From NCBI GenBank assembly GCA_965153285.1, contig OZ229117.1: DNA of 64,000 nt. The stretch is one strand, 5' to 3'. Positions 61,422 to 64,000 of this stretch are shown piece after piece. A program made the position numbers and the translations under genes. The DNA comes from Podarcis tiliguerta (taxonomy: Eukaryota). Position 1 is the first letter of the stretch; each line of letters begins with the position of its first letter. The notes beneath the pieces were generated by a model. It did no database searches. It saw only the letters and a list, made by a program, of their open reading frames with translations, and was not told where the DNA came from.

Positions 61422-63799
61422 CCTTAACCCATGAAAATTATTGTCAGAGGAAGTGTAACATAATCATAATGCTTTATTTTATATTTTTGTAGATTGCTCA
61501 GAGGTTTTCTTACAATCAGGTAGTATATAAATTCTCTTAAATAAATAAATATCTCCAACACAAACAAAAATATGCAAGTCTATTCTCCATATCCAGATCA
61601 ATGTATCATCTTGTCTGGATTCAGTTGCTGCTTTGAACACTGAAAACCTGTTCAAAAGACTGCTGTAAATTTTTGTTATATTTTTCATAGCAGAATGCAA
61701 GTATAGTAAATAAGTTGTTCTCTTATTGTAAGATTATTCAGTTAAATTAAGTGGCTAATTAAGAAACTTGTGCTTGTGTTTTCTGTAATACAGAACCTTA
61801 CCTTGAGCTCCCTGCCCCCCATTGGAAATGTACTTGAAATTAATTCCACAATAAATACAAGATCAGATACATTAAAGTGCCAGGAAGAAGGCATTATCCT
61901 GAATGCCACCCTTCATTACTTAACGGATCTCTCTCTTTCAGCATTTTCTCTTGGGGAAAAACTCCACCCACCTGTACCAACACCAGCTTCTACCCAAAAG
62001 GAGAAGCAGAATTGATACAAATCCAAAAAGGACAGAAAAACACTGCCAAGGGTTTTGCAAATGCCACTTTTATGAGTTAACTCCGCACCGTTTGCCAGTA
62101 AAAACAGGCTTTTCTCCACTGGGGGAAGGCTGCAAATCTGTAAATGGGATCTTAACTTTGCAGCTTTGCAGGGACAAAGCAAGACTGGGCTGCCTTTCCT
62201 GCCAGCCGGCCCTTTGTGATCTGACAAAATGGCTGTCTGTGTAGGAAGTCAATGCAGACTGGGCCAGAGGAATAGTGCAGCGTGTCTGTCACTCTTGATT
62301 CTATCACAAAGTGTGAGAGATTCTTCACCTTAGGGATGCTTCTGCATTCTACCCTGAAAACCTATTTCAACAGCCCTTTAAACACCCAAACCACCTAAGA
62401 TTAGAAAAACAACAGCTGAGAGGAGGAAGGCAGTAAGGAAGCCCCACAAGAGAGAGGCCCTCCAGTCTCAAGAGCCCAGCAGGAAGCAAGAATTACCAAT
62501 AGTTCTATTTCCCCAAAGCTGAGGCATCACAGGAGCAACGGCTGGAAATGGTCCCAGGAGCTTCTGTCTGTGTGTGTTTCTATGCTGACAATACCTAGGA
62601 GAGCAAGAAAAAGGACACAAATCCCAAGACCCTCATGGAGCTCAAACTAAGGAGCTAAAGGAGGCCCTAAAAAGATACCCAGCCTTTGGGCTGCATCGCC
62701 CAATCTCCTGAGGTAGTCCTGGCTGTTCCCTTCGGAGTCATAGAACTGCATAGAACTGACTGGCTACCAATTCATAAAAACCAAAAGTGCTTTTTGTTGG
62801 GAAAGGAAGGCTGCTGCTCACCTAAGGGGCTCACTGGCCACTAGCAGAAGCACTGGCAAAGGTGCTCTTTGGGGAGAAATCATAATGGGGAGAGGTTCCC
62901 TCTCTTTCGCTTATTTCAACTGTGTCAAGGTGGATCAGAAACAAGGAGACCCAAGACAGGAAGCAGAAACTCTTCAAGAGACACTTCAAACAATGCCAAT
63001 TAACACATCTGCTTCAGAGGCTGCATTGCCGGATTCCTTTTGAAGAGAGGTGCTACGCTAAATGTTAGCACCTAACATGTGCCTCTTTGATCAGAAATTA
63101 TGCACATTTTGCAGGTATAAAGAAAAACCTAGAATCCAGCCAGCATACAAACTGGCCCTTGCTTTTAAGAGCACAGCACTGCAGTTCAGTAGCAGCAGCA
63201 GGAAAGGTCTCCTCTGTTCTGCTTATGAAGCGGCAAGAGCTGCTTAGATCACAAGAGACCAAAGTTTTCGAGAGGATGCTGGAGATTATTGCTGTGCCTT
63301 TGTTTAAATGACACCCATCTCTTAACAAGGGGCTGTAAATCCTTTGGCTCAGATCTTCAGAGCTCTACAAGTCAGCCAGCTTTACCAGTTACCTTCTACA
63401 GCAGGTATAGGGAAATTCTCTGCATCTGCTCAGGGAATAAGTAGGCTGGGCTGGGAGAGGGCAATGGGCAGGGCCTACATTCAAAGTGGGCAGGGCTAAA
63501 GCAGCATTGTTACAACACAGTTGCTATTCTCATCACATTTTTATTTATTGTATACATTATTTATATAACTGACTTTTCTTTTTCTTTTTTGTGGTAATTG
63601 TATTTTGACTAACCTGTACTTTTATTGACAAATAAATAAATAAATATGGAAGGAAAACTGAAATCTAAATACAACAAACACTGTAGTATTCTGGTGAGGG
63701 AGAACCCACCATTCTATATCTGTCTTTATGGTTTGCAAAAGCTATCCAGACTTCTCAGGCCAATAATTATAAATGATACAAAGTCATTGGTTGCCTTGA

Positions 63800-64000
63800 T
63801 CATTGGCCTCAGCCCTGTATACCTGAAGGAGCATCTTCACCCCCACTGTTCAGCTCAGACAGAGGTCCAGCTCCAAGTACCTTCTGGCAGTTCCCTCACT
63901 GAGAGAAGTGGAGCTACAGGGAAGCAGGCAGAGGGCCTTCTTGGTAGTGGCGCCCTACCATCAGATGTCAAGGAGATGAGTAACTATATAACCTTTAGAA
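63800..64000 (+). mobile_element. L2-like LINE fragment of the same family as 52279-52600
   Basis: colinear similarity with the reverse complement of 52380-52600. Confidence 0.7.

Noticed and set aside
49000-64000. Numerous 60-200 aa ORFs in the large introns (e.g. 57325..57924)
   Set aside because: No recognisable domains or consistent splice structure; expected by chance or derived from repeats.

Overview
Vertebrate genomic DNA, almost certainly from a squamate (lizard), as inferred from Sauria/Squam-type SINEs. Most of the window is the EIF4G3 (eIF4GII) gene on the minus strand. I mapped 35 reading-frame exons by hand from their GT-AG boundaries, from an upstream in-frame exon (59008-58880) through the ATG exon (48365-48270) to the last exon (6130 down to an N gap that hides the stop codon), followed by the 3'UTR. 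The exons include the neural microexon GGFRPIQ, the PABP- and eIF4E-binding motifs and the MIF4G, MA3 and W2 domains. The promoter and first exon(s) probably lie beyond position 64000. Introns carry SINEs, CR1/L2/L1-like fragments and Tc1/mariner and hAT MITEs. The main unexplained structure follows the 111-nt coding cassette exon (22075-21965). 164 nt downstream sits a diverged inverted copy of it (21800-21682) with its own good splice sites, an in-frame stop and a frameshift. The two exons can base-pair into a long G-U-rich hairpin with the splice sites at its ends, making this a candidate RNA-structure and poison-exon switch placed between the eIF4E-binding site and MIF4G. A pre-miRNA-like intronic hairpin (15054-15139) is also notable. 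All alignments were done by eye.
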